A stretch of 61,630 nucleotides of DNA, filler included, from Globobulimina sp. (Eukaryota), in assembly GCA_003354225.1 (NCBI GenBank). It is 23 parts of 23 records of this genome, joined end to end, with 100 filler letters (N's around TTAATTAATTAA, not from the genome) between each part and the next. Parts side by side here need not be neighbours in the genome. Positions count along the whole stretch, not along the records: positions 59,050 to 61,630 come from PIVH01005875.1; 22 more parts are not named here. One strand, 5' to 3'. Positions 60,325 through 61,630 of the stretch are shown here, piece after piece. Below the pieces are notes generated by a model that was not told the origin of the DNA, did no database searches, and was given only the letters and a program-made list of their open reading frames with translations. Position 1 is the stretch's first letter, and every line of letters begins with the position of its first letter. A program made the position numbers and the translations under genes.

Positions 60325-61493
60325 ATGACTATGTTTCTTCACTTTCTTGAGCCAGCAAGAGCGAAACAATTTGAATGTGCGATATGCTTGGATATCTACA
60401 AAGAGCCGGTGCAAGTATGTACATTCTGTAATTAATCATGTACATTAATTATTTTATTCCGATCTTAAAATAGATTGGATGTGAAGAGCATATATTTTGC
60501 AAGCAGTGCGTCGATGAATTAATATCGATATCAGAACAAGGACACTCATTTCATTGTCCTTTGTGTAGAACAGAATGCAATGCTATAAATTTAACCCGCG
60601 TAAAATTTATCGATCGACAAATTCGCGATTTGAAAGTCCAATGCCCGAATACTAAGAAAAACGATAAAAACAATAATAAAACAGATAATAAAAGCCCATT
60701 GCGAAGAAGTATGCGTTTAAAAGAAAAAACAGAGGAAATCGGACAAAAGAGATCGAGAGAAAGAACATTTGCAGTGGAAGAGGAACAAAATAACAAACGG
60801 AGGAAATTGAATGAAGATAAGTTGTGTGAATGGAAAGGTTCATATTCCGACTTAAATAATCATATTCAAACATGTCCGCTGCAACCGATAGTATGTAAAT
60901 ATTGTCTTGATTCTATTTTACGAAGAGAATTGACTCGACATTATGGGAAATGTGCAAGGTTTCCCATGAAATGTATTAAATGTAATAGATCCGGAATTTG
61001 TAGAAATAAAATGGCAGCACATATTACTGGATGGTGTCCGATGACATTAATAAATTGCCATCAATGCGAACAGGGAATAAAACGAAAGGATGAACAGTCC
61101 CATTTAGATAATGATTGTCCGGAAGCTTTGATTAAATGCACATTTTATCAATTTGGATGTAGGGATAAATTGAAAAGAAAGGATGAAAAAAATCATATTG
61201 AAAATGCAGCATTTACGCATAATCATTTGGTACAATTAGCAAGTCATCAGTTAAAATTGGTGGATACTGTGAATGCAATGAAAAATGAAAATAAAGTGTT
61301 AAATGCAAGGATTGATGCTTTGGAACATCAACAAATAATAACGGATAATAAAATAGCTAAATTGCCTCGAGATTATGGGAATATTAAAGTTGTGTATGCT
61401 GATGCTGCTGGAAATCTTTTTCGTTACGAAAATGAGCTCAATAGGGTAGATTTATTTGTACCAAATATTAGTGCCAATCAAATAAGACCATAG
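60325..61493 (+). CDS. RING finger + TRAF-type zinc-finger protein
   Basis: CAICLDIYKEPVQ|IGCEEHIFCKQC...CPLC (intron 60415-60473). CEWKG.YSDL..H...C, repeated C..C...I.R.....H....CP, then a coiled coil. Confidence 0.92.
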
Positions 61494-61630
61494 ACTTTTT
61501 GTTATTTTGCTAAGTTAGAATAATCAGTCAGGGGCTTACAAAAGAACACGGCATGGACACTTTTTCCTAAATAACTGGTAGTACAGTAATCCATATTTTG
61601 CATGATATCTTTGTATGTTATTTGAAATAT

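Noticed and set aside
1..61630. Gene-sized nanochromosomes suggested by the uniform 2.58-kb segments, or a gene cluster across the window
   Set aside because: No telomeric repeats, genes are truncated at edges, and the uniform length comes from sorting. Adjacent contigs are unlinked.

Overview
This window is not one locus. It is 23 unrelated short contigs (about 2,581-2,586 bp, sorted by decreasing length) joined by artificial 100-nt linkers (44 N + TTAATTAATTAA + 44 N), so nothing can be inferred from neighbourhood across linkers. Almost all contigs come from an AT-rich eukaryote with short spliceosomal introns. The gene-family spectrum (Cys-rich/PTxSPT-stalk membrane protein, TRAF zinc fingers, WWE-PARP, class C GPCR, pseudogenes) suggests a foraminiferan or other rhizarian protist; this is inference. 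Recognisable genes include NUP205, ribokinase, methylmalonate-semialdehyde dehydrogenase, Na+/K+-ATPase alpha, a PAP2 phosphatase, ATG9, MFSD1, spermidine synthase, a DHHC palmitoyltransferase, MRPL43, DUS1 and tRNA-Ala(CGC). Two contigs carry bacterial-looking fragments fused to host DNA (an AsmA-like gene piece and a Bacteroidota-type typA C-terminus), most likely amplification or assembly chimeras. Several genes carry single-base homopolymer frameshifts that look like sequencing errors. The most notable patterns are: a 5' C/A-rich to 3' G/T-rich polarity along coding regions, frequent GTT(A) splice donors, nested and clustered MITEs of several superfamilies, a gelsolin pseudogene with many micro-insertions, an intronless BtpA-like gene (HGT candidate) and a 719-aa orphan ORF that may be retroelement-derived. 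I cannot support a coherent new multi-gene system.
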